Assembly: GCF_006345805.1 (NCBI RefSeq)
Contig: NC_043003.1
Location: forward strand, 70,308,001 to 70,372,000
DNA length: 64,000 bases
Direction: 5' to 3'
Source: Octopus sinensis
Lineage: Eukaryota
Both the position numbers and the translations under genes were made by a program. Of this stretch, positions 39,332-52,775 are shown in pieces. The first letter of the stretch is position 1. Every line of letters starts with the position of its first letter. The notes under the pieces were generated by a model, which saw nothing but the letters and a program-made list of their open reading frames with translations, did no database searches and was not told where the DNA came from.

Positions 39332-40777
39332 TGTACTGGAAGCATGCGTGTTTTCTTTGTGCTCGTAATTTTAATAATTTAATTTGTCTCCAAAAGTTGT
39401 TAACCATTTATTTTGTTACAATACGCTTATTAAAACCACCGCTATTGCACAAATATGGTTTGTTAGTTTGTTTGTGCCCCTCTGGGGTCGCAATTCCGGG
39501 AAAAAATTTCATTTTGTTTGGAAAAAATAATTTTATAATTACACATGGTGATGCCAGTTTTGCTAAAAGACATAGAAGAGGAAGTAAGATGTAGCTTTGA
39601 CACCTCAGAATTCTCTGCCTTCTACATTCAAATAGAAGTGGGGTTTCAATCTCACCAAGTTGAAAGTGCAGTGGACCAAACTGCTACCGCTGTGACAACA
39701 AACACCAGCAACAATGACAATACAGCACGGGTATTTAATTCCAGTTATGAAGTTGAATTCCCCGCAATAAATGAGAAAAAGGCCAAAAACATCAACTAAC
39801 AACGTCAGCAATAAAATGGCGAGCATGGCCATTACCTAATCGACCATCATCATCACTGCAAGAACTGGGGAGAGGTCACGAGCATGATCGGGCTGAGGTG
39901 GCAAATGCATACATCGCACAAGACCAGCAGTTTCGGGTGTAGAGGTATGTCAATTACATCGACCCCAGTACTCAATTGGTACTTATTTTATCGACCCCGG
40001 AAGGATGGAAGACAAAGTCGACCTCGGCGGAATTTGAACTCAGAACGTAAAGACATACAATTTGCCGCTAAGCATTTTTACCCGGAGTGCTAACGATTCT
40101 GCCAGTTCATCGCATAACAAGTTATGGCGGTGAGATGTCAGAATCCTCAGCGCTCCGGATAAAATACTTGGCACTATTCCATCCGTTTTTACGTTTTGAG
40201 TTCAAACTTCTGCCGAAGTCGACTTTGCCTTTCATCCTTTCGGGGGTCGATAAAATATAGTACCGATTTAACACTGGGGTCGATGTAATCTATTTAGTCC
40301 CACCCCCGAAATTGCTGACCTTGTGGCAACATTTGAAACCAATATCAAATTAATAATTTCGAGAGAAACGCTCGTCTTTTTCGAAATGAAAACTTCTGTG
40401 AACATAGAATAAGATCACTTAGATGCAACAACACGAGTTTCTATTTTTAAAAAATATTCCTACACCATTTCAAAAACTGTCATCCGTGTTTTTCCTTCAG
40501 CAAACTGAACATTTTGTCAAATGAAGTTGAGATCTTACTTTCTTCGAAACTTGATAGCGTTCCAAGAAACAAACATGGCAGAAAAACACCGAAATATGCT
40601 TTTTTACACACTTGGACACTATCTATTTCTCTTGATAAAAAAAAAACAAGTTTAAAAGGAAAAACACCCCTATTTCATGAAGATTCAAAAACAAAATAAA
40701 CATTAAGATATGTAATAATTTTTTGTGAAATTGAAGATAGAAGTATTTTAAAGCCTCGTGGAGGCGCAATGGCCCAG

Positions 40778-41135
40778 TGGTTAGGGCAGCGAACTCGCGG
40801 TCATAGGATCGCGGTTTCGATTCCCAGACCGGGCGTTGTGAGTGTTTATTGAGCGAAAACACCTAAAGCTCCACGAGGCTCCAGCAGGGGATGGTGGTGA
40901 TCCCTGTTGTACTCTTTCACCACAACTTTCACTCTTACTTCCTGTTTCTGTTGTACCTGTATTTCAAAGGGCCGGCCTTGTCACTCTCTGTGTCAAGCTG
41001 AATATCCCCGAGAACTACGTTAAGGGTACACGTGTCTGTGGAGTGCTCAGCCACTTACACGTTAATTTCACGAGCAGGCTGTTCCGTTGATTCGGATCAA
41101 CCGGAACCCTCGTCGTCGTAACCGACGGAGTGCTT
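40778..41135 (+). mobile_element. tRNA-derived SINE family C
   Basis: Head GGCGCAATGGCCCAGTGGTTAGGGCAGCG...GGTTTCGATTCCC; copies at 29283-29660, fragment 21488-21600 and about 61950-62140 (-). Confidence 0.8.
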
Positions 41136-41562
41136 CTATCCATTTTAAAGCCTTAAGCGCTTTACGCATTAAAAGGGCGCTAAAATAATTTGTATAACGA
41201 TCCTTCTATCAGACTTTTTAACTCTTCTAACACAGAACTCGGAATAGTAATCAAAAATATATTGGATTCTATTCGAGCTAAATTAAACGAAAGTTCCATA
41301 TTGTCGCTAGAGTGACCATTGCTTGGGTGAATACTATTGTGGGTAAAAACATGCTACAAATCAAATAAAAAAAAATTAACACCAACCTATTCATTCATTC
41401 AGCAATTTCAATGGGTCACTTCCTATATTATCCTTATTTATATGGTGTAAGGGAATCTTAATAAACCATTTTTTAAAAAATAATTCCTGGATAATTTAGT
41501 TTTTCCATAACCCGTTCGACTACAATAAAAAACCCAGCAACCTATGCACCAATAAAGGATTA

Positions 41563-41745
41563 ATTTACGTCTCATTTTTACCCTTTAAAGCTCACGTTTT
41601 GCGTCTCATTTTTACGTTTTAAAGCTTGCGTTTACGTCTCGCTTTTATGCTTTAAAGCTTTCACTTACGTCTTATTTTTACGCTTTAAAGCTCACGTTTA
41701 TGTCTCATTTTTACGTTTTAAGGCTTGCGTGTACGTTTCATTTTG
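41563..41745. repeat. Minisatellite, ~32-bp unit, about 5.5 copies
   Basis: Unit approximately TTTACGTCTCATTTTTACGCTTTAAAGCTCACG. Confidence 0.8.
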
Positions 41746-42058
41746 AAATAAATATTCTGAATTAATTTGTCTCTACAGAGAAATATTCCAATCATTGAAA
41801 TCCTTTAGACTTAATTTGTCCCAATACTGAATGCAAGAAATCTTCCACAGCAGCTTCTTAAAATTCTTTAGGAGTGGATGTGTAGTTAAAAAGCTCACAT
41901 AACAGCCAGCAAAGTTCGGGTTGACGCACACTGCGTGGCACCTATGCCTCACACCAAATAATGCCATGTAAGTGGATTTGGCAGGCACACACTTTGTGGT
42001 AGCCCGTTATATGTGTGTGTTGTGTGTGTGGTGGTGGTGGTGGTGGTGGTGTGTGTAT

Positions 42059-42111
<53 letters not shown>

Positions 42112-42150
42112 GCTAGCTAGCTAGCTAGATAGATAGATAGATAGATATAT

Positions 42151-42182
<32 letters not shown>

Positions 42183-42340
42183 GAGAGAGAAAGAGAGAGA
42201 GAGAAAGAGAGACAGATAGACAGACAGACTCACACACAACACACACAGAAAGATATATTTGTAAATATGTATATGTGTATATACATATATCTGTGCTTGA
42301 TCTCACTGCACAACTCTTGACAACTGGTGAGTTTTATATG

Positions 42341-42864
42341 CGGGGCGCCCCAAAAATATCGACATCATTTCGGAGTCTAATAACGTAGTCAATTCTCACT
42401 CAAATGATCTCAAATTTTAACAAAATGTGTAAAGTCTAATTTTGGATCAAGCATGCCAGTGATAATGACAATGTGTTGATGAAATGGTCATCACGTTCAC
42501 TTTACTTGACACCTTGTGATTTTTTTTTTCTATGGGGACTGCTTTATATTCCCCTCTTCCTACAAGCCTAAAGGAATTCAAACAGAGAATCACTGAGGTG
42601 CTAGAGAATGTTACGGAAGATACGCTACAACGTGTTTGACAGTAGCTGGACTACCGACATGACATGTGTCGTGTCACAGGCGGAGCGCATATTGAACAAT
42701 TGTGAAGATTTGTAACGTCGATTATAAAATCTAAATCTCTCTGAATTTTTTGTTCGAATTTTGATAAATAAATCTTTTATTGTTCAACATGAAGCGTATT
42801 TAATTTTGTTTGCCTAGGACATGTAGTTACTCGGATATGATGTCAATATTTTGGGGACACCCTG
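42341..42864 (+). mobile_element. Internally deleted Tc1/mariner-superfamily element
   Basis: Imperfect ~28-bp TIRs (CGGGGCGCCCCAAAAATATCGACATCAT-like); C-terminal LTPCDFF..G / KQRITEVLENVTEDTLQRV...DMCRVTGGAHIEQL. Confidence 0.75.
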
Positions 42865-43110
42865 TGTTTATATATATGTGGTCGGATCAATATGTATCCG
42901 AGCTGACAGAAACGTTAGCATGCCGGGCGCAATGCTTTGCGGTATTTCGTCTGTCTTTACATTCTGAGTTCAAATTCCGCCGAGGTCGACTTTGCCTTTC
43001 ATCCTTTCGGGGTCGATAAATAAAGTACCAGTTGAGTACTGGCATCGATCTTATCGACTGGCCTCTCCCCCAAAATTTTGGACCTTGTGCCTAGAGTAGA
43101 AAAGAATATG

Positions 43111-43973
43111 TATCCGGACTATTACCATAGTAACGAAGCTAAAGCACGCAGAATAAAGCCGCTTGGCACAGATTAACCTTGAATTTTGCTGTGCATGCGC
43201 ACTATCTTTTAACGTTCTAGATCACTTCCGCTGTTTACAGCAGTACTTAGAAGGAACGTGTGTAGAGTGTGATCGTCACATTGATTATGACAGAGAAAGT
43301 TAAACAGAGAATCTGCATCAGATTTTGCCAAAAGCTTGGCGATACCTGCTCAGAGGCCTAAGCAAAGTTTTCAAAAAGTTTTCATCGTTCTCGACACAAT
43401 CAAGATCTTGTGCAACTGAAACCCGAATGTCTTTTTGGTCAACTGAAAGGACTTTTGGTACAAACTTGGCAGACACATGTCTCATACCCAAATCTTCAGT
43501 GATAATGGACTGAACTGAACCGTAAGTAATCTGCACGTCCTCTGATAATTCACAGATGGTGATTCGACGATTTTCTCTCACAGCTGCATGCATATCTGCG
43601 ATGTTTTTCTTAGTTCTACTGATTATGGGTCTCCTAGAACGTTCGTCAATATCAACATTTTTTTTACCATCTTGGAAATGTCAGAACTTCTGTGCGGCTC
43701 ATACACTCCTCTCCATAAACATTTTGTCACTTTGCGTAATCCTCTGAGCAGGTATCGTCATGATAACTTTCTCTGTGATGGTCAATGCGACAATCACAAG
43801 CTACAGACCAATCTATCAAGCACTGTTGTAAACAACGGAAGTGAATTAGAACGTTAAAACTTAGTGCGCATGCACAGCAGAGTTCAAGGTCAATCTTTGC
43901 CAAGCGGCTTTACTCTGCGCGCGGTAACTTCGTTACTATGGCAACAGTCTGAATACTTACTAATCAGACCTCG
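43111..43973. mobile_element. Mariner derivative made of two inward-facing 5' halves
   Basis: 43111-43360 (+) and about 43640-43973 (-) are diverged homologous 5' ends; minus-strand ENRRITICELSEDVQITYGSVQSIITEDLGMRHVSAKFVPKVL lies between them. Confidence 0.75.
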
Positions 43974-44064
43974 TATATACATACATACATACATACATAC
44001 ATACATACATACATAATACATACATACATGCATGCATACATACATACATACATACATACATACA

Positions 44065-44095
<31 letters not shown>

Positions 44096-44108
44096 GTGTG
44101 TGTATGTG

Positions 44109-44168
<60 letters not shown>

Positions 44169-44624
44169 CTTATGCATGTATATATATTTATATGTTTGCA
44201 TTTTTATTTTTATCGCTATATTCACTAGTTATCTTTCGTTTTACGTCTCTTATCTTTCTTTGCTCATAGAATCGATTTTTAAAACCATTTCCTTGAGCTT
44301 CGTATTTCAAGCTATCATCATGAATTAACCTTCTCTATAACGTTGGCCTTCTTTCTCCGATTCTAATAGCATGTCTGCTAAAATGTCTTCCCCTTAAAGC
44401 AGTAATTTCAATTCCTTTTGTCCAACAGTTAATTAATACTCGAAGAACGTTAACCTGCATTCTTCGAAGCCTACAAATTGAACGCTACATTTTATAGTGA
44501 TTTTTTTCCACGTTGAATTATTACTTAGTTTAACCACCTTTTGCTTTAACACTTGACTTAATTGTTCGTAATGCTTCTCAATTTTATAAGCGATTTGCTG
44601 ACATGTGATAGTTTTAGGCACAGG

Positions 44625-45050
44625 CATGGCTATGTGGTTCAGAAGCTCGTTTGGTAACCGTGTGGCACTGGGGTCAGCCCCACTCGGCTACACTTTGAGT
44701 AGATGTCTTCTACTACAGCTTCGGGCTGACCAATATTTTGTGAGTAAATCTGGTAGACGAAAACTGTGTGGAAATTCGTCGTATATGTATGTGTATGTGT
44801 GTATATATATTTATATATACGGATATGTGCGTATGTCTTTACGTGTGTCTGTTTGTACTTGTCTACCACCACTACTTGAAAACCGGTGTTACTTTATTTA
44901 CATCTCCCTAGATAGCTGTTCGGCAAGAGACCGATAGAATAAGTACCAGTTTTTAAAAAAAACATAAATACTGGGGTCGATTAATCCGATCGAACCACTC
45001 AAGACACTACCCCCAATATGGCCGCCGTTCAATGAGTGAAACAAATACAA
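44625..45050 (+). mobile_element. SINE family A copy
   Basis: Colinear with 28622-29035. Confidence 0.75.
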
Positions 45051-46527
45051 GATATTATATATATATATATATATATATATTTCTTCATTGCCCACAAGGG
45101 GCTAAACATAGAGGAGACAAACAAGGACAGACAAAGGGATTAAGTCGATTACATTGACCCCTCAGCAGAATTTGAACCCAGGACGTAACGGCACACGAAA
45201 TACCGCTAAATATTTCACCCGGCGTGCTAACGATTCTGTCAGCTCGCCGCTCTTTATTATATATATATTATATAAATTATTTCAAATAGATTCCATTCAA
45301 AATAGCTTCAATTCACATATAATTTGTTTTCTATTAAGTAGTAAACATTCTGTCCCTTACTTAACAATGGTATTATTTTACAATTGTATAAATATTTTTT
45401 TCCTAGTATTATTTTCTCGTGATATTTTCATTCTTTCATCAATATATATTTTTTGATTTTCTATAAGTTTTCGATTTTATTAAACTTTGCTGACCGTATG
45501 GTAACTTTGGAGTTACTCTAATTTTATTATTATCATTATTGTTATTGTTATTTCCCCTTGACAACTTATATTCAAACAACATACAACAATGAAATCCTTA
45601 AATGCTAGAACTATCATGTTTAGATTATCAATTAAATTCGATGTTTGCCTCATTTCTTAGGTCCACACCTTTATTAAATATAACTTTTTTCACACCGTTG
45701 TTGGAAACGTAATCTCATATGATTGTGTTCTCAGATTGTCCGCCTAAATCTTTTATTACTCTCTTCATTGAATTTAACTATGTTTGAAAAAACAAATCCA
45801 TTGTGCCAATTAGGTTTTTCTGTTAGTGATGCCGTTATTATGTTTGGATTACCGAAATTCAGAAATTCTTTCTAAACCTTTTACTCACAAGTTTAATGAA
45901 CTTTCCATCCTTTTACAAACAATTCGACTTTACATAAAAGCGTTGTTTTGTTTGCTTTATCTTCTGTATAATTCGAAACGTTGTCAGCATTTCTATTGAG
46001 CCACTTCTTTAGATAAAACTTTCTTTTCTTCTTTAAACATACATACACACACACAAGCACTGCATCTGGTGCTGGGTCCCTGGTTCGGGAGTTTTGGTTT
46101 TGAAGAATCTGGAACCACTTCTTAACCATTATTGTCCCTAGATCTACTCTGACCAGAAGTAGTCACAATCTCGGCTATGGCTTAATCGGCCTATCACGGA
46201 ATTGCCCCGGAAGAAGGTCCTTCACAAACACCCCAAAGGACCCAGGGCAGCTGAAACCTTTCAGCACTTTTGTTGCTCATCCAAGAGAAGGTAACTCCAT
46301 GCAAAATCTGCGTCCGGATATATACTGAACTTTTGGCACTTATTATATCAGACGAATACAAGTTTGAAGAACGAGAGAGTGGGACTGGCTTTATGGAAGT
46401 CATGTCCATTATAATAATATTCATCGTGCAAGTTGTTGAGCAAATAAAGAGACCAGCTCTGTCTTGCGAAAATCTCACTTGTCAAAGCGATGCCAGTATT
46501 CATGTGTGTGTATGTGTGTGTGTGTGT

Positions 46528-46599
<72 letters not shown>

Positions 46600-46748
46600 A
46601 TAGGTTGACTCAGATCTACATTACTTATCTCGCGAGCATAGGACACGTCTTTGTCATTAGGGCTTTGAAGAGAGTATCATAAGATACCTGTACCTCCTTC
46701 AAAATGTATTGAGTCCTTTCTTTCATTTGTTCACTCAATCATACATAT

Positions 46749-46779
<31 letters not shown>

Positions 46780-46780
46780 T

Positions 46781-47395
46781 ACATAAATTATTAGAGAGTT
46801 ACCACTATGCGGATAGCTCTAGTGCTAAAAATAGCTCCGTTAGTATAGCCACAGAAAAGATGTTTCCAAGTAGAAATAACATTACATTTAACGGAAGGAA
46901 AGTGAAACATAACGAAGAAATAGATTGACCCTGAACAATTGTTTCATTACTAATGTAATATGTAATTTTACTTACATAGACATCTATAAATCATCAGCAG
47001 AGGTTTGTCTTAAATACAATCCATTAGACCTAGACGAGCGTCAAATACACGTGCGGTTTAACCAATTGCATTTGTAGTTATGCCTCAAATTCCCCGCAAA
47101 AAGCATGCTACGACTCATTGGAAACGTATGCCGCATAAAATAAAATATTTACTGCAGCATAATTAAATTTATAAATTTATAAATGAGGGTGAAAAATTGA
47201 TATTAATTTAATAATACCATTAATTTAACACCAAGTGGCTTAGCAAGTAAAACTAAGGAGATAATACAAATTTATACATAAATTATTAGAGAGTTACCAC
47301 TATGTGGATAGCTCTAGTGCTAAAAATAGCTCCGTTAGTATAGCCACAGAAAAGATGTTTCCAAGTAGAAATAACATTACATTTAACGGAAGAAA
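46781..47395 (-). mobile_element. Non-coding HHR-bearing partial tandem element, ~495-bp period
   Basis: About 115-bp direct repeat at 46781 and 47276; HHR inside; shares the GGGT(G)AAAAATTGATATTA motif with the 55.1-56.0 kb element; follows a TA-rich microsatellite. Confidence 0.6.
46929..47002 (-). ncRNA. Type I hammerhead ribozyme in ~495-bp monomer unit
   Basis: Minus strand CTCTG-CTGATGA-(long stem II with TATGTAA/TTACATA hairpin)-GAAAC-AATT-GTT-CAGGG; closing pair of stem II is a U-U mismatch. Confidence 0.65.
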
Positions 47396-47424
47396 TAACA
47401 TTACAAGTAGAAATAACATTACAT

Positions 47425-48239
<815 letters not shown>

Positions 48240-48240
<1 letters not shown>

Positions 48241-48677
48241 TTTTTCGTCGGCCTCCACCCACCCCCACCCCTGACGTCAACGCACATTGAGAGACAGTTT
48301 TGTGCTTTTTCATGGGCTCCTAAGGAGCGTTTTGTTCGAATACCTTGCTGCGCATTTGTTTTGGATTTTTAAATTCCTGGATTTTCCTGAAGAGAATGCT
48401 GCAAAATGGTCTCCTTATTCAATCAGAATTTGGAAATTTGCGGCCTTTGAAACATGTGTAGAAAATAATAAAAGGAATTCTGTAGAATCTTCGTTCAGCT
48501 CCATTTCTTTCCTTCACTAAATATATTAAACTTCAATTATCCGCGCTAAGGCACGGTTGCGACACCCCAAGGTCGTAACTTCAACCGTGTTTTTTCTGTT
48601 GTGATTTTTGCTACCCAGGTATCGGTTAAATTTTGAATAATCCTTAACAAGATAATTCATTTATCCATTTCAATAAA
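48240..48677 (+). repeat. PLE pseudo-LTR, upstream copy (~438 bp)
   Basis: Near-identical to 51918-52350; differences seen in the poly-C tract and one T-run. Confidence 0.9.
48372..48479 (+). ncRNA. Type I hammerhead ribozyme in upstream pLTR
   Basis: Stem I ATTTTC/GAAAAT plus distal AATTCCT/AGGAATT; core CTGAAGA 48387-48393; stem II GAA-GCTGCAAA/TTTGCGGC-TTT; GAAA 48449-48452; stem III AC-ATGT-GT; predicted cleavage after GUA at 48460. Confidence 0.8.
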
Positions 48678-48723
48678 CATACACTGCTTCGCCAAGAAAC
48701 TGCTACCTTAACCGATACCGCAA

Positions 48724-51432
48724 ATGGAGTTGTTCGAGATCAATGCGTCCCTTAAAGATATTCCTATACCACCAAAGGAAGCCTTCCTTAAGGAAATTGT
48801 CTGCAAAACTAATGCATTCATAAACCGGATTAGATGGCTCGTTTTCTTTCATGATAACGAGGATCTAAAACAGAACCGGGCTGCAGCATCGTCCGAATAT
48901 AGTAGGCTTTTTAAGTCGATGGAGACACCACCACCTAACCCAACACTGAAGAAATTTGAGGATGACTTGTGGGGCATTGTAAGGAGGATTAAATTCAGGA
49001 AGTCACCCAGGAGGAATGAACACCTCAGATACCTAGAGAAAATTACTAAGGATATTAACGGGTCAGACGGAATCCTGGTCCAATCTGACAAAACAAGGAA
49101 CACGTACAAGTTACCCATTAACCAGTACTTAGAATTACTCGGAAAAGAGATCCAGAAGAACTATAGAACAACAAATAGGAACACACTGAGAAAAGTAAAC
49201 TTGGAGATTAAGAAAATAATGGTTAATTACGGAATTCAAATGAGAACACAGCCGCTTAGCCCTAAACAGCCTAGATTCATTGTGAAGGACCACAAACCTA
49301 ATTTCTACACCAATCCAGCGTTAAGGCTCATATGCCCTTCTAGTTCTGATATCGGCGCCATCAGTAAGTACATTTTAGACAAATATATTCCTAGTTTAGT
49401 CAATAAGCTGAAGCTTAGCCTCTGGGCGAACTCCTCGCAGGTCGTAAAGTGGTTCTCTTCTATCCCTAATAAAAGCCGAACTAAGTTCATTCAGTTCGAT
49501 ATTGCTAGTTTCTACCCCTCAATTAACCCTAGTGTACTTAATAAGGCCCTGTGGCATGCACACAATAAGGCAGGCCTCACTAGAGAAGAAATTGATATAA
49601 TCCTTGTCGCCAGAAAATCTTTTATAAAGTTTGATAATAAGTTGTGGGTTCGTAAAGATACCCCCAACGAGTTCGATGTGCCTATGGGTAGTTCAGATAG
49701 CGCGCAGATTGCCGATTTGGTCGGAATATATATTCTCTACGAATTATCCGACCAGTTCCCGGAAATCGAGGGCGGCCTATATCGTGACGATTGTATGTTT
49801 TACCTACAAAACACCACGAACAGAGTCGTTCAGAAAACTAAAAACAGGTTAGCTAGGTTCTTTAATAGGATGGGCATGAGTATAGTTTTTGATAACGAAC
49901 TAACTAAGGCTAATTTCTTAGATGTCACACTAAACCTCCATAGCGATTCTTACTGCCCTTACCACAAGCCTTCCACTAACTTAAAGTATGTCGGTGTCTT
50001 CTCGAATCACGCTAAAACTATAACAGACAATTTGGTTAAAAATATTTCTCAAAGATTGACCAATTTGTCTGCTAGTGTCGACATTTTTAGGCAGAAAGAG
50101 GAATTTTATAATGCCGCCCTGTCTAAAGCCGGTTATAGGGAGAAGGTAGTATATATAGATCCTGCCCTTCCGATGCCAGCATTCTGTCATCGGGATAGGC
50201 CCGGCTACAATAACATAAATAATTTAAGTAGTGATGATAGCCCGAGGAATGTCGGAACAGGTACATCTAGAATAAATTCAGGTAACATAAATAATTTGCG
50301 GTCCAGGGGAGGCCATAGTAAGCCAAAACCTATTATTCAGCCTAGAAATACCCACCTTAATGTCAGAGTTGACTCCCCGACCCATTACAAAAACAGGAAT
50401 AAATACATTTGGTTTGTAATTCCCTTTGGTAAACAAATAAGATCTAATCTACCCCTGCAGTTTCGCCAAGCCATTGCCAGTAATTTTCCCAGAAATTCCA
50501 GATATTACACCACTGTTAACTCACACAAAGTTAGGATAGCCTTCTCAAACACAAAAAATCTCTCCCAGATAATTTCCTCCCATAACAATAAGCTGCTAAA
50601 TAAGACCCTATCACCCTCGTCCGGAGAAGCAGCTCCGTATAATGCCAGAATAACGAACAGTAATAATAATAGCAATAGTGATAATAGAACCGGCACAGAG
50701 ATTAGCAATCTCCATACCAGCCATGGAGTTAATGATAGGAATATGGATAGGAGCAATGTTGACGACACTAACGTTAGTAATAGTAATAGGGATGTGAGCA
50801 CTGTCCGAGTCATTAATGAAGAGAGTCCTAATAACACCTTTAGCAGCGGTTTAGACCACAGTAGGATCACGGACACTAGCGATCACAGCGATCTCAGTGA
50901 CAGGGAATATACAGGTGTTATTCCATTAAATAGTATTGATAATGGGGTGTATAATTTCGAAGACAGCCGCAGTTCTCACAGTCATTATAGTAATAAGAAC
51001 GCCGTATTAATATCGGAAGCAAATCCCAATAGAATAAGGTTCTTATCTAGTAATTCCAAGATTAGAAATGCCATTTACCAATGCAGAATTTACACTGAAT
51101 CAGATGTCTACTCGTATATCGGAGCTTCATCATCAAAATTGGCCGTGAGAATATCGAACCACTTCACAACTTTTTGCGATTTTAAGAAACATCACGCGAC
51201 AGGACTTAGTAAATTGATCTGGCGTTTGAAGAACGCGAATTCAGCATTTAGACTGGAATGGTCGATTTTATCGGTGTCTCTACCGTTTGATAGAGGCAAA
51301 GAAATTTGTAATCTCTGCAACTCTGAGCTTTTTCACATTTTATTCGCCCGAGGGCGCCTAGTTAATGGGATTTTGCAAAATTCTTTCAGATGTCCCCATT
51401 GGCGCCGACACACATTTCTTGCATGCAATTGA
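48724..51432 (+). CDS. PLE polyprotein: reverse transcriptase + GIY-YIG endonuclease
   Basis: Uninterrupted ORF. RT motifs: KDHKPNF..RLICP, FIQFDIASFYPSI (A), PMGSSDSAQIADLVG (B), GLYRDD (C), NFLDVTLNL (E). GIY-YIG: AIYQCRI...SYIGAS...VRISNH, CNLCNSE, LVN, CPH. Confidence 0.95.
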   Translation: MELFEINASLKDIPIPPKEAFLKEIVCKTNAFINRIRWLVFFHDNEDLKQNRAAASSEYSRLFKSMETPPPNPTLKKFEDDLWGIVRRIKFRKSPRRNEHLRYLEKITKDINGSDGILVQSDKTRNTYKLPINQYLELLGKEIQKNYRTTNRNTLRKVNLEIKKIMVNYGIQMRTQPLSPKQPRFIVKDHKPNFYTNPALRLICPSSSDIGAISKYILDKYIPSLVNKLKLSLWANSSQVVKWFSSIPNKSRTKFIQFDIASFYPSINPSVLNKALWHAHNKAGLTREEIDIILVARKSFIKFDNKLWVRKDTPNEFDVPMGSSDSAQIADLVGIYILYELSDQFPEIEGGLYRDDCMFYLQNTTNRVVQKTKNRLARFFNRMGMSIVFDNELTKANFLDVTLNLHSDSYCPYHKPSTNLKYVGVFSNHAKTITDNLVKNISQRLTNLSASVDIFRQKEEFYNAALSKAGYREKVVYIDPALPMPAFCHRDRPGYNNINNLSSDDSPRNVGTGTSRINSGNINNLRSRGGHSKPKPIIQPRNTHLNVRVDSPTHYKNRNKYIWFVIPFGKQIRSNLPLQFRQAIASNFPRNSRYYTTVNSHKVRIAFSNTKNLSQIISSHNNKLLNKTLSPSSGEAAPYNARITNSNNNSNSDNRTGTEISNLHTSHGVNDRNMDRSNVDDTNVSNSNRDVSTVRVINEESPNNTFSSGLDHSRITDTSDHSDLSDREYTGVIPLNSIDNGVYNFEDSRSSHSHYSNKNAVLISEANPNRIRFLSSNSKIRNAIYQCRIYTESDVYSYIGASSSKLAVRISNHFTTFCDFKKHHATGLSKLIWRLKNANSAFRLEWSILSVSLPFDRGKEICNLCNSELFHILFARGRLVNGILQNSFRCPHWRRHTFLACN

Positions 51433-51917
51433 AACCTAAGATAATTAACCCCTTGATGTCCTAAGAGAGGAAAAAAATTTTTAAAAAAATTTTGGGGAAA
51501 ATTTTGGAAAAATGTTTGAATTAAATTTGCAAGGGGAAATTACTCCCCTTTTAGCGTACGGTCTGCTACTTTTTTAGAAGCAATATCAGGAATTATATTC
51601 TCCTTGATTTGACAAGTCATCTGTTTACAAGCTGACCACAGACGGACACACAGACACGGGCTTCTATCAGCTGCCTGACCAACAAAATCAGCAGTTCTCT
51701 TTCCCTCTAGCCGCCGCCTGGCAGACTCCCACACATACACAGGCGCGCACACACATACATGTAGGTAGGGTCCCACACCTATATAAGATAGCCTTAATTC
51801 TTAAAACAGTCCGAACATTAACATTAGTTATACAGAATATATTCACACCCTTTGGTTTTCAGTATTTCTTCCACTACCAGGTTTGACCGCAGTCTGACCT
51901 TGATTTATTCTAACGGA

Positions 51918-52465
<548 letters not shown>

Positions 52466-52718
52466 ACACAAGAGTGTTCCTTGAACTTCATTAAATAATC
52501 AAGATACATTACGAGGAAAACAATGAATACAACAACCTCGTCTGTCAAGTCACTCGTATCACTTGCGATTTTCTGAAATAAAATTTGGCAGACATTTCAC
52601 GTTTTTTCAAACTGCGTTTGAATCATTAGGAAACAGTCACATGTATCTTTTTGACAGTTTACTATTAAATATGTATGTGTGTTTGTATTGATGTGTGTTT
52701 GTATTCTATTGCTGGATG

Positions 52719-52775
<57 letters not shown>

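Noticed and set aside
40778-40835. tRNA-like sequences (also 29283, 28622, 22246, 62390)
   Set aside because: They are SINE heads with A/B boxes continuing into SINE bodies; no complete cloverleaf.
48560-48723. Possible intron in the PLE 5' region (CAG|GTATCG; polypyrimidine tract)
   Set aside because: PLEs can retain introns, but donor and acceptor cannot be paired unambiguously without transcripts.
48849-50876. Short ORFs overlapping the PLE ORF on other frames or the opposite strand
   Set aside because: Shadow ORFs of a long coding region, with no motifs.
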